From: Deferribacterales bacterium
GTDB taxonomy: Bacteria > Chrysiogenota > Deferribacteres > Deferribacterales > Geovibrionaceae
Direction of reading: 5' to 3'
NCBI GenBank assembly: GCA_050251875.1
Contig: JBFWMA010000005.1
Coordinates: 64,001 to 128,000 of the forward strand
Length of the DNA: 64,000 nt
In this document: one piece after another, positions 19,942 through 28,953 of the stretch
Layout of the letters: each line of letters starts with the position of its first letter
Numbering within the stretch: the first letter of the stretch is position 1
Notes under the pieces: generated by a model
Seen by the model: the letters and a program-made list of their open reading frames with translations, nothing else
Databases searched by the model: none
Told to the model about the DNA's origin: nothing
Translations under genes and position numbers: made by a program

Positions 19942-19972
19942 AGCGGAAGGTTATCCTTCCGCTTTTTTTTTA
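19942..19972 (+). terminator. Intrinsic terminator after the hydrogenase genes
   Basis: AGCGGAAGG-TTAT-CCTTCCGCT followed by a T tract. Confidence 0.9.
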
Positions 19973-20067
19973 TTAAATTTTGTCAAAATAAGATTGAAAG
20001 TATAATATAATTATTTATAATTTATTTTGATGCGTGAAAGTAAAATAAGCGTAGATTGGGTGCAGCT

Positions 20068-21201
20068 ATGAAAATTGAGAATTTTAAATCCGGTACGAAC
20101 AAAAAACAGTATAAATACAGCAGTTTCTCACCTGTTTTTGTAAATATAGAGTGGGGCTGGGACAATGCCAAGATAAGCACTCTGCTGGAAAACGCCGTAA
20201 AATCTCTCAGTCAGCTCGATGCCTTTGCCAACATTGTGCCTAATGTCGATCTTTTTGTCAAAATGCACGTTGCGCTGGAGGCTAACCAGTCAAGTAAAAT
20301 AGAGGGAACACAGACCAGTATTGATGAGGCTGTTATGGATGAAGAATATATCCAGCCTGAAAGAAGGGACGACTGGAAGGAAGTCAATAACTACATAAAG
20401 GCGATGAATACAGCCATTGCTGAGCTTGAAAGTCTGCCTCTGTCTGTCAGGCTTCTAAAAAATACTCACGCCATTCTGATGTCAGGTGTCAGAGGAGAGT
20501 ATAAACAGCCGGGAGAGATACGTAGAAGCCAGAACTGGATAGGCGGAACATGTCTTAATGACGCTGTTTTTATTCCTCCACATCACGACGAGCTGCCTGA
20601 GTTGCTCAGCGATCTGGAAAAGTTTTGGCACAATGAAGATATATATGTGCCACATCTTATCAGAGCGGCGATAAGTCATTATCAGTTTGAAACGATACAC
20701 CCGTTTTTGGATGGTAACGGTCGTATAGGACGTCTGCTTATTACATTATATCTATTGGACTGCGGGATGCTGAAAAAACCTGTTCTGTATCTGTCTGATT
20801 ATTTTGAAAAGCATAAAGGCGCTTATTATGATGCGCTTACGGCAGTGAGAACCTCAAACGATATCACCCACTGGATATGTTTCTTTTTGATTGCGGTGAC
20901 GGAGACGGCAAACAAGGGGCGTGAGACATTTAACGGGATTTTGAAACTCAAAGATGAGCTTGATAACTGGATAGTGACTTTAGGCAGAAGAGCGAAAAGC
21001 GCTAGAAGGCTGGCTCTGTTGCTTTATCAGAAACCGGTTATTAACTCTAACGATGTTGCAAAAGAGCTTGGTTTGACTGTTAAGTCGTCTCTGGCTATTA
21101 TCTCCGAATTTGAGAACGCTGGTTTTTTAAAAGAAATGACAGGGTATAAGAGAAATAGGATGTATGTTTTTACAAAGTATCTGGTGCTTTTTGTGAAATA
21201 G
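20068..21201 (+). CDS. Fic-family protein with C-terminal HTH-like region
   Basis: HPFLDGNGRIGR catalytic motif; SSKIEG inhibitory-helix motif. Confidence 0.95.
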   Translation: MKIENFKSGTNKKQYKYSSFSPVFVNIEWGWDNAKISTLLENAVKSLSQLDAFANIVPNVDLFVKMHVALEANQSSKIEGTQTSIDEAVMDEEYIQPERRDDWKEVNNYIKAMNTAIAELESLPLSVRLLKNTHAILMSGVRGEYKQPGEIRRSQNWIGGTCLNDAVFIPPHHDELPELLSDLEKFWHNEDIYVPHLIRAAISHYQFETIHPFLDGNGRIGRLLITLYLLDCGMLKKPVLYLSDYFEKHKGAYYDALTAVRTSNDITHWICFFLIAVTETANKGRETFNGILKLKDELDNWIVTLGRRAKSARRLALLLYQKPVINSNDVAKELGLTVKSSLAIISEFENAGFLKEMTGYKRNRMYVFTKYLVLFVK

Positions 21202-21263
21202 AGTTAATGAGTATAAAAGTAAATTATAATATTTCTTAATTTACTTTTATTGATATAAGTAAA

Positions 21264-21298
21264 ATAAGAAAGGCGGTCAGTTGACCGCCTTTCTTATT
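21264..21298. terminator. Bidirectional terminator
   Basis: ATAAGAAAGGCGGTCA-GT-TGACCGCCTTTCTTAT. Confidence 0.85.
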
Positions 21299-21299
21299 A

Positions 21300-21476
21300 T
21301 GTTTTGCGTAAAAAGTTCGTCCTGAACTTTTTACGATAACGCTTCATTTCGGCAAAGCCTTATTCCGCTCATGTGCCGTTCGTTTAAGCAGATAAATCTG
21401 CTTTCGCTCACTTCACGGACTTCATCCATGAAGTCTGGCAAATACTATTTTCCATGGATGGATAAATTCCCACAGT
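21300..21476 (-). repeat. Structured GGA-hairpin element, copy A (candidate CsrA-binding RNA)
   Basis: Minus strand GACTTC-ATGGAT-GAAGTC and CGTAAAAAGTTC-AGGAC-GAACTTTTTACG hairpins, plus a core shared with copies B and C. Confidence 0.7.
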
Positions 21477-21478
21477 AA

Positions 21479-21721
21479 TTAGAATATAGCGTGAGCTACT
21501 ATGCCGGATAAGTCCTCCGGTCCTTGCAGCTTAAATTTCTGCTTGCCGCCGATGACAATTTCGGGCGGATTAATCGTGCCGTACTCGGCAGGAGATGTCT
21601 CTTTGGAAACATCCACGAGATAGAGATCGATCTTTCCGCCGTATTTAGAAATAAGCTCGTCAGCTTTTGCAGGTGTGGTTTTGTCAGTGTCGCCGTTGTA
21701 GAACAGCTCTATCTTCAGCAT
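21479..21721 (-). CDS. Small (80 aa) thioredoxin-fold-like protein lacking cysteines
   Basis: AGGAGG RBS before ATG at 21721; KIELFY..., YGTINPPEIVIGGK resembles the thioredoxin/glutaredoxin cis-Pro region. Confidence 0.7.
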   Translation of the reverse strand: MLKIELFYNGDTDKTTPAKADELISKYGGKIDLYLVDVSKETSPAEYGTINPPEIVIGGKQKFKLQGPEDLSGIVAHAIF

Positions 21722-21752
21722 GGCTTGCCTCCTTCGTATGTCTATTAAATTA

Positions 21753-21880
21753 AGCTCAAAAATAACTCCTGATATTTTTGAGTAACGCAAATCTCAGGCT
21801 AAGCCTTTATTTGCTCACACTTCATCGTTTTTAGCGGTAAACCGCATGAAAACGCTTCCGTGAGGAACATCCTGTCCCTA
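21753..21880 (-). repeat. Structured GGA-hairpin element, copy B
   Basis: Minus strand AGGGAC-AGGAT-GTTCCT and CTCAAAAATATC-AGGA-GTTATTTTTGAG hairpins; AAGGCTTAGCCTGAG core. Confidence 0.7.
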
Positions 21881-22006
21881 ATAATTAATTTTACCACCAT
21901 TGCGAGCCTATGCAATATATGATTATTTTGTATTTCATATCATTGACTATAAAATTACACTGTAGTATCGTTGAAATGCTGTCTTTAAATATTGCAGGTG
22001 ATAAAT

Positions 22007-23155
22007 ATGCTGAAAAAATTTCTCATGGCTCCCGGGCCAACGCCTGTTCCGGAAAAAGTCCTTCTGGAAATGGCTAAACCTATAATACATCACAGAACAG
22101 ACGAGTTTTCTAAAACTTTCGCCGAGGCGGCGGAGGGTCTTAAAAAAGTATTCAACACTAAAAAAGAAGTTCTGATGCTCGCCGGAAGCGGTACAGCCGC
22201 CATGGAAGCAGCGGTTATCAATACTCTGAACCCCGGCGACAAGGTGCTGGTCATCAACGCCGGAAAGTTCGGTCAGCGCTGGAGAGATATTTCCAAAGTA
22301 TATGGAATGGAAGTAGTCACTCTGGACATGGACTGGGGACTGTCAGTGAAACCTGAGCAAGTTGAGAGCTTTCTGATAGCCAACCCCGACACCAGAGCTG
22401 TCATGATTCAGGGAAGCGAAACATCCACCACAGCCTATCATCCTATCAAAGAGATAGGTCAGATTATAAAATCAAAACCCGACACTATATTTATAGTGGA
22501 CGGAATCACATCCATCGGCGTTCACGAAACCATGATGGACGAGTGGGGCATAGACATAGCCGTCACAGGCTCACAGAAAGCGTTTATGCTGCCCCCGGGT
22601 CTCGCCTTTATAGCGCTCAGCGACAAGGCGTGGTCATTCTGCGAAAAAGCGAAAATCCCCAGATATTATCTGGATCTGCGCCGTGAGCTGAAATCCCAGC
22701 TTCAGGCGACAACAGCCTACACCCCCACGGTGACACTCATCAACGGGCTCAAGGTTGTTCTGGACATGATGTTCGAGGAAGGGCTCGAAAACGTGTATAA
22801 AAGACATCAGGTGAACGGAGACGCCACCAGAGCTGCTGTTCAGGCGCTCGGGTTCAGGCTGCTGGCTGAGTGTCCGTCCAATGCCGCCACAGGATTTTTC
22901 CTGCCGGAAGGATTCGAGGGCGGAAAATTCGCTAAATATATGAGAGAAAAAGTGGGCATAACATATGCCGGCGGTCAGGATCACCTTAAGGGCAGGATTC
23001 TGCGCATCTCTCACCTCGGATATCATGACGCCTTCGACACCATCACAGCCATCAGCGGCATTGAGATGGGGCTGGCGAAGTTCGGAGTGGATATCAAGCT
23101 GGGCGCAGGTGTCACCGCCGCTCAGGAAATACTGAAAAACTACATCGGGGAATAA
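22007..23155 (+). CDS. Class V PLP aminotransferase (alanine-glyoxylate / serine-pyruvate family)
   Basis: PGPTPVP, GSGTAAMEA, ETST, GSQKAFMLPPGL, GGQDHLKGRILRISHLG. Confidence 0.93.
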   Translation: MLKKFLMAPGPTPVPEKVLLEMAKPIIHHRTDEFSKTFAEAAEGLKKVFNTKKEVLMLAGSGTAAMEAAVINTLNPGDKVLVINAGKFGQRWRDISKVYGMEVVTLDMDWGLSVKPEQVESFLIANPDTRAVMIQGSETSTTAYHPIKEIGQIIKSKPDTIFIVDGITSIGVHETMMDEWGIDIAVTGSQKAFMLPPGLAFIALSDKAWSFCEKAKIPRYYLDLRRELKSQLQATTAYTPTVTLINGLKVVLDMMFEEGLENVYKRHQVNGDATRAAVQALGFRLLAECPSNAATGFFLPEGFEGGKFAKYMREKVGITYAGGQDHLKGRILRISHLGYHDAFDTITAISGIEMGLAKFGVDIKLGAGVTAAQEILKNYIGE

Positions 23156-24280
23156 ATGACACGCAACATGATGCCGAACTCCGCCGGAAACATGGCACCC
23201 GGCAGATCGGTAAAAATGAACCGCATAGAGAAGGCTATAAAGGATGTCGTGCAGTCCTATGGCTATATGGATATCTTCCTGCCTATCTATGAGTATTATG
23301 ACGTGCTGAAAGAGACCATGAACGATTTCAGGGACGAGAACCTCATTAGGTTCATAGACAGAAACACGGGTAAATCTCTTGTTCTGCGTCCGGATTTCAC
23401 TCCGCAGGCGGCAAGGTATTTTGCCAACTATATGAGTGATTTTGCTCTGCCTGTCCGTCTCAGCTATGACGGCAGAGTGTTCCGCAATGTTGATCTGGAC
23501 AAGGGCGTTAAGTCCGAAAAACTCCAGGTTGGCGCTGAGCTGTACGGCAACAGCATGCTGGACGCCGACACAGAGATGATTCTGATGGCAAAGAGAGTTT
23601 TTAAGACTCTGAACATAGAGGGATGCAAATATGTCTTCGGGCACAGCGGTTTCACCAGACGGGTTCTGGAGCTGGCAGGGGACGACAGGGCGCAGTATCA
23701 CAAACACCTGGACGCAAAAAACGTTACGGCTGTGAGCGCCATGTATCCGGCTGACACTGCCAGAGACAAGTTCTTCCGCTTTCTCCCCAGAGCTTTCGGC
23801 TCTATGGACACTGTGGAGGCTCTGGAAAAAATCTGCTCGTTCGATCCGGTTCTGAAAGAGACAGTGGGATATATCAAAACGCTGTTCACCAGACTGATCG
23901 ACATGGGGCTGGACGCGAAATCAATGGTTTTTGACGCCTCCGAGTCCGCCGGGCTGGATTATTACACCGGAATAACTCTGGGCGTTCTCCACGCTAAAGT
24001 GGGCGAAAAGCTCGCCGTGGGCGGCAGATATGACAATCTGACAGCCAATTTCGGACGTGAGGCGTGCGCCTGCGGTATGGTCTTCTACATAGAGGAGATA
24101 TATGCCGTGGACACAGCCGAAGCGGGACAGAAAGAGATCGACTGGCTGGTTGTGGGCGAAAAAAACTTTTCTAAATGCGAAGAGCTGATAGAGAAGGGAC
24201 ACAGTGTGTTCTATGCCGGCGATGAACAGGAAAAACAAGATTTGTTAAACAGTTACAATTTCCGTAATACACTTTCATGA
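23156..24280 (+). CDS. hisZ: ATP phosphoribosyltransferase regulatory subunit HisZ
   Basis: LVLRPDFTPQAAR, QVGAELYG, LDYYTG, GGRYDNL; adjacent to purA. Confidence 0.9.
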   Translation: MTRNMMPNSAGNMAPGRSVKMNRIEKAIKDVVQSYGYMDIFLPIYEYYDVLKETMNDFRDENLIRFIDRNTGKSLVLRPDFTPQAARYFANYMSDFALPVRLSYDGRVFRNVDLDKGVKSEKLQVGAELYGNSMLDADTEMILMAKRVFKTLNIEGCKYVFGHSGFTRRVLELAGDDRAQYHKHLDAKNVTAVSAMYPADTARDKFFRFLPRAFGSMDTVEALEKICSFDPVLKETVGYIKTLFTRLIDMGLDAKSMVFDASESAGLDYYTGITLGVLHAKVGEKLAVGGRYDNLTANFGREACACGMVFYIEEIYAVDTAEAGQKEIDWLVVGEKNFSKCEELIEKGHSVFYAGDEQEKQDLLNSYNFRNTLS

Positions 24281-24285
24281 GGTAA

Positions 24286-25581
<1,296 letters not shown>

Positions 25582-25588
25582 AAAGTTG

Positions 25589-25617
25589 TTGACATAAAAT
25601 TATCACTTTGGTATAAC
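25589..25617 (+). promoter_or_regulatory. Sigma70 promoter of the tRNA operon
   Basis: TTGACA-N17-TATAAC with extended TG. Confidence 0.85.
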
Positions 25618-25663
25618 CTACCTCTCGCATGGATGACCGAACGGTTGCTAAGCGAGAGGTAAC

Positions 25664-25736
<73 letters not shown>

Positions 25737-25743
25737 CTTTTTT

Positions 25744-25818
25744 GTCCCCATCGTCTAGCCTGGCCTAGGACATCGCCCTTTCGAGGCGACGACTGGGGTT
25801 CGAATCCCCATGGGGACG
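25744..25818 (+). tRNA. tRNA-Glu(TTC), CCA not encoded
   Basis: Acceptor GTCCCCA/TGGGGAC; anticodon arm TCGCC-CTTTCGA-GGCGA. Confidence 0.97.
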
Positions 25819-25819
25819 C

Positions 25820-25988
25820 TTTCCTTTTTTAGGAAGCAGGACAAAAAAGTCCGCCGATGTGAAAAGTCGGCAAAGCTTCAGGACGAAGCTCGCGGAGCTT
25901 CAGAGCGGAGCGTAAGCGGAACGAAGGTTTAGCCTGAGTGAAGCGGTATCGAAAATTTTCTAGGACAGAAAATTTTTGTAAACAAAAT
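25820..25988 (+). repeat. Structured GGA-hairpin element, copy C, in the tRNA-Glu/tRNA-Val spacer
   Basis: AGCTTC-AGGAC-GAAGCT and AAAATTTTCT-AGGAC-AGAAAATTTT hairpins; 7 GGA motifs in 25832-25965; core shared with copies A and B. Confidence 0.7.
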
Positions 25989-25991
25989 CAA

Positions 25992-26064
25992 GGGTGGTTA
26001 GCTCAGCTGGGAGAGCATCGGCCTTACAAGCCGAGGGTCACAGGTTCGATCCCTGTACCACCCA
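25992..26064 (+). tRNA. tRNA-Val(TAC), CCA not encoded
   Basis: Acceptor GGGTGGT/ACCACCC; anticodon arm TCGGC-CTTACAA-GCCGA. Confidence 0.97.
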
Positions 26065-26074
26065 TTTTTTAACA

Positions 26075-26148
<74 letters not shown>

Positions 26149-26163
26149 TCCTGTTAAAAAAAG

Positions 26164-26192
26164 AAAAGCCTGCTCTTTTGAGCGGGCTTTTT
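26164..26192 (+). terminator. Terminator of the tRNA operon
   Basis: AAAAGCCTGCTC-TTTT-GAGCGGGCTTTTT. Confidence 0.88.
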
Positions 26193-26255
26193 GCATTTAC
26201 AGAACCGGTAAGGCATCTATATTATAATCGTTGTAAAAAAACAATGAGGTGACAG

Positions 26256-26450
26256 ATGCCGTCTATTACAATCCAGATTTCTAATCAATCCCCGGAAAAG
26301 AAAAAAGCCATTATCGAAAAACTCACAGCCGCAGCAGCCGAAGCAACAGGAATAGATGCGGGCAAGTTTGTCGTATTTATTTCTGAACATGAAACAGACT
26401 CTATCGGAGTCGGCGGGAAAGTTCTTAAGGATATGCTTGCAGGAAAGTAA
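26256..26450 (+). CDS. 4-oxalocrotonate tautomerase family protein
   Basis: 64 aa, catalytic Pro-1, GVGG near the C terminus. Confidence 0.92.
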   Translation: MPSITIQISNQSPEKKKAIIEKLTAAAAEATGIDAGKFVVFISEHETDSIGVGGKVLKDMLAGK

Positions 26451-26455
26451 ATAAT

Positions 26456-26480
26456 GTAGGGCGGCATTTTATATGCCGCC
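26456..26480 (+). repeat. GTAG-type REP-like palindrome
   Basis: GTAG followed by GGCGGCAT-TTTAT-ATGCCGCC. Confidence 0.65.
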
Positions 26481-26496
26481 GAAATTCCGGAGGGGT

Positions 26497-26627
26497 GTAA
26501 AACCCCGACATACTGTTCGCGGGTGTTTCTGCTCCCAGCTTGCTGGTAAAACCCCGCTCAACTTTTGCGGGTGTTTCTGCTCCCAGCTTGCTGGTAAAAC
26601 CCCGCTCAACTTTTGCGGGTGTTTCTG
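26497..26627. repeat. 48-bp tandem repeat (two identical units plus partial flanks) with two hairpins per unit
   Basis: GGGTGTTTCT recurs at 26521, 26569 and 26617; each unit contains CCAGC-TT-GCTGG and CCCGC...GCGGG. Confidence 0.9.
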
Positions 26628-26641
26628 TTTTGATGTGCAGA

Positions 26642-26989
26642 TTAATGTTTTATGATGATGGCGAGGAAAGATACGGGTGAATCGGACTCGTTCACCAGAC
26701 TGTGCCATTCTCCGTTACGGGTAACCATAAGATCACCAGCGTTCAGAACGTCCTCAGTGCCGTTGTCTTCGGTTTTTGCAGTGCCGTCCAGCATCAGGTA
26801 CAGCTCCATGTCTCCAACGTGCTGATGATAGCCTATGGAGCTTCCGGGGTTCAGCGACATCATCGCCATGTTTGTTATCTCCCCTTTGTATCCGCAGGCT
26901 GCTTCGTAAGCCATTCTGACGGCTGTTCCTGTGCCTCCTCTGGGTTTTTCCATTGTCTGCGCCGATAATGTTTCCGCTCTTACGATCAT
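26642..26989 (-). CDS. Cupin domain protein
   Basis: GSSIGYHQH...ELY...G and GEWHSLVN cupin motifs. Confidence 0.9.
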   Translation of the reverse strand: MIVRAETLSAQTMEKPRGGTGTAVRMAYEAACGYKGEITNMAMMSLNPGSSIGYHQHVGDMELYLMLDGTAKTEDNGTEDVLNAGDLMVTRNGEWHSLVNESDSPVSFLAIIIKH

Positions 26990-27026
26990 TGTATATCTCC
27001 TGTTTTTCCTTCTGTTATAGAAGTCG

Positions 27027-28385
27027 TTATATGTTTTCCAGAATGTCTTTAACCGCTATCAGTCCGGACACGGACGCCTGTATGATGCCTCTGGTGAGTC
27101 CGGCTCCGTCTCCTGTGCAGTAGAGGTTCGCCAGTCCTTTACACCGCATGTTTTTATCCACTTTTATCCTGACGGAATAGAATTTTACCTCCACTCCGTA
27201 CATAAGCGTGTTCGGGTCTGCCATGCCGGGCATGACCTTGTCCAGCTGTTCTATGGTCTCTTTCAGGTCGTGCAGATATCTGTACGGCAGAACAAATGAC
27301 AGGTCGCCGGGCAGAGCTGTTTTCAGCGTGGGCACGACAAAGTTTTTGCGTATTCTGCTTTCGGTGCTTCTGCGTCCTCTGATGAGATCGCCGTATCTTT
27401 GGACGATGACGTTGTTTCCGCCCAGCATGTTCGCCAGATTGGCTATGTACTGACCGTATTTCAAAGGCTCGTCAAAAGGCTCGGTGAATTTGGTGGACAC
27501 CAGCAGGGCGAAGTTGGTGTTTTCGCTCTTTTTGTTTTTATAGCTGTGTCCGTTCACGGTGAGCAGTCCGCCGGAGTTTTTTTCCACAGAGATGAATCCG
27601 CCGGGGTTCACACAGAAGGTGCGCACCTCGTCCTCGAATCCGCTGGTGAAATATTTTATCTTGAACTCATAAAGGTTATCGGTGAATTTATCCGTCACCG
27701 ATCTGGGCACTTCCACCCGGATGCCTATGTCCACGGGGTTCATGCCGTAATCGATGTTGTATTTTCTTACCATCTCCTGCATCCAGCCGTTGCCGGAGCG
27801 CCCAACGCCTATGATTATTTTGTCATAGTGTCTGACCTCACGTTTCCCGTTGTGCTCGGTCTCTATGCCGGTGACGACTCCGTCCTCTACTATCAGGTCG
27901 GTTACGGGGGTTTCGCAGAAGAGTTTTATGTTGTCTGACTGTTTTATCATGTCATAGATGCGTCTGATGAACAGCAGACAGTTGTCTGTGCCCAGATGGC
28001 GAATCTTTGCTGGATACAGCTTCAGCTTGTGCCTGCTGCACTCATACTGAAGATCTTTCGAGGTCTCATAGCTGAATCCGGATTCGGTTTCCAGAACTCC
28101 GCTGACGTTCTTCCACATATCGTCCGCTTCGTCTATCAGCTTTTCCAACTCGTCTTCCGGCATATAGTCGGTGAGCCATCCGCCGTATTCCGTGGTGAGA
28201 GTCAGCTTGCCGTCGGAATAGGCTCCCGCCCCTCCGAACCCTTCCATCACCTCGTTTCTGTTTCTGGTCTCTATGGATTTGCCTTTTTCATAGATATCCG
28301 CCTCTATGCCCGCTTTGTTCAGCAGGTTATACGCGGCTGTCATCCCCGAGCTTCCGGCACCTATTATAGCTATTCTCATTTTCAC
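27027..28385 (-). CDS. FAD-dependent oxidoreductase (COG2509-like)
   Basis: IIGAGSSG, GFGGAGAYSDGKL, VRTFCVNPGG, GDGAGLTRG. Confidence 0.9.
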   Translation of the reverse strand: MKMRIAIIGAGSSGMTAAYNLLNKAGIEADIYEKGKSIETRNRNEVMEGFGGAGAYSDGKLTLTTEYGGWLTDYMPEDELEKLIDEADDMWKNVSGVLETESGFSYETSKDLQYECSRHKLKLYPAKIRHLGTDNCLLFIRRIYDMIKQSDNIKLFCETPVTDLIVEDGVVTGIETEHNGKREVRHYDKIIIGVGRSGNGWMQEMVRKYNIDYGMNPVDIGIRVEVPRSVTDKFTDNLYEFKIKYFTSGFEDEVRTFCVNPGGFISVEKNSGGLLTVNGHSYKNKKSENTNFALLVSTKFTEPFDEPLKYGQYIANLANMLGGNNVIVQRYGDLIRGRRSTESRIRKNFVVPTLKTALPGDLSFVLPYRYLHDLKETIEQLDKVMPGMADPNTLMYGVEVKFYSVRIKVDKNMRCKGLANLYCTGDGAGLTRGIIQASVSGLIAVKDILENI

Positions 28386-28864
28386 ACTCTCTTTATCTCA
28401 GCATCAAAAATTCCCTTATCAATGGTAAGTATAGCATAAGTGTGGTGCGGTTCCGTCCTTTTGTTGGTGGGGCTGCCTGGGTTCAGGAAGTGGACGCCGC
28501 CTATCATGCCCCAGAAGGGCTTGTGGGTGTGTCCGTAAATGATTAGATCGACATCCTGAAAGGTATACAGAAGTCTGTTTTCTATTCCGTAAGGATTACC
28601 CGATCCGTGAGATATTCCGATGCGCACTCCGTCCAGCTCGATCTTTCTGGTGAGGGGCAGTCTGTCGTCTCCGAGGTTGGGATCCATATTTCCCCTGACG
28701 GCATAGACGTTTGGGTTGATATGCATAAGATCATGGATAATTTTATAGCTGACTATATCCCCAGCGTGAATAATTCCATCGCATTTTGCTGCCTCGTCTG
28801 TTATAATAACTGGCAGTTTATCTATTGAATCGGTGTGCGTATCTGATATGATAAGTAACTTCAT
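28382..28864 (-). CDS. YfcE-like metallophosphoesterase
   Basis: ISDTH, HAGD, VRGNMD, HG, GHTH, NPGS. Confidence 0.93.
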   Translation of the reverse strand: MKLLIISDTHTDSIDKLPVIITDEAAKCDGIIHAGDIVSYKIIHDLMHINPNVYAVRGNMDPNLGDDRLPLTRKIELDGVRIGISHGSGNPYGIENRLLYTFQDVDLIIYGHTHKPFWGMIGGVHFLNPGSPTNKRTEPHHTYAILTIDKGIFDAEIKRV

Positions 28865-28953
28865 TTGATAAATATCAGCGTGATTTTCTGCAAAGTCAAT
28901 ACATAAAAAAGCAGAAAATATCCGTTAAAATGTTAATCTGACCGGAGAGATTA

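Noticed and set aside
21722..21790. N-terminal extension of the small ORF from the TTG at 21790
   Set aside because: A strong AGGAGG RBS precedes the ATG at 21721, and the extension lies in repeat copy B
22634..23707. Long antisense ORFs (also 11232-12146, 17287-18186, 47001-47942, 52446-53402)
   Set aside because: They shadow well-conserved genes on the opposite strand and have no recognisable motifs
26497..26627. Possible mini CRISPR array
   Set aside because: The units are identical 48-bp tandem copies with no unique spacers, and there are no cas genes in the window
26469..26708. ORFs with repeated peptides (QKHPQKLSGVLPASWE and the opposite-strand equivalent)
   Set aside because: By-product of a 48-bp repeat whose length is a multiple of three; no convincing RBS, and they overlap the cupin gene
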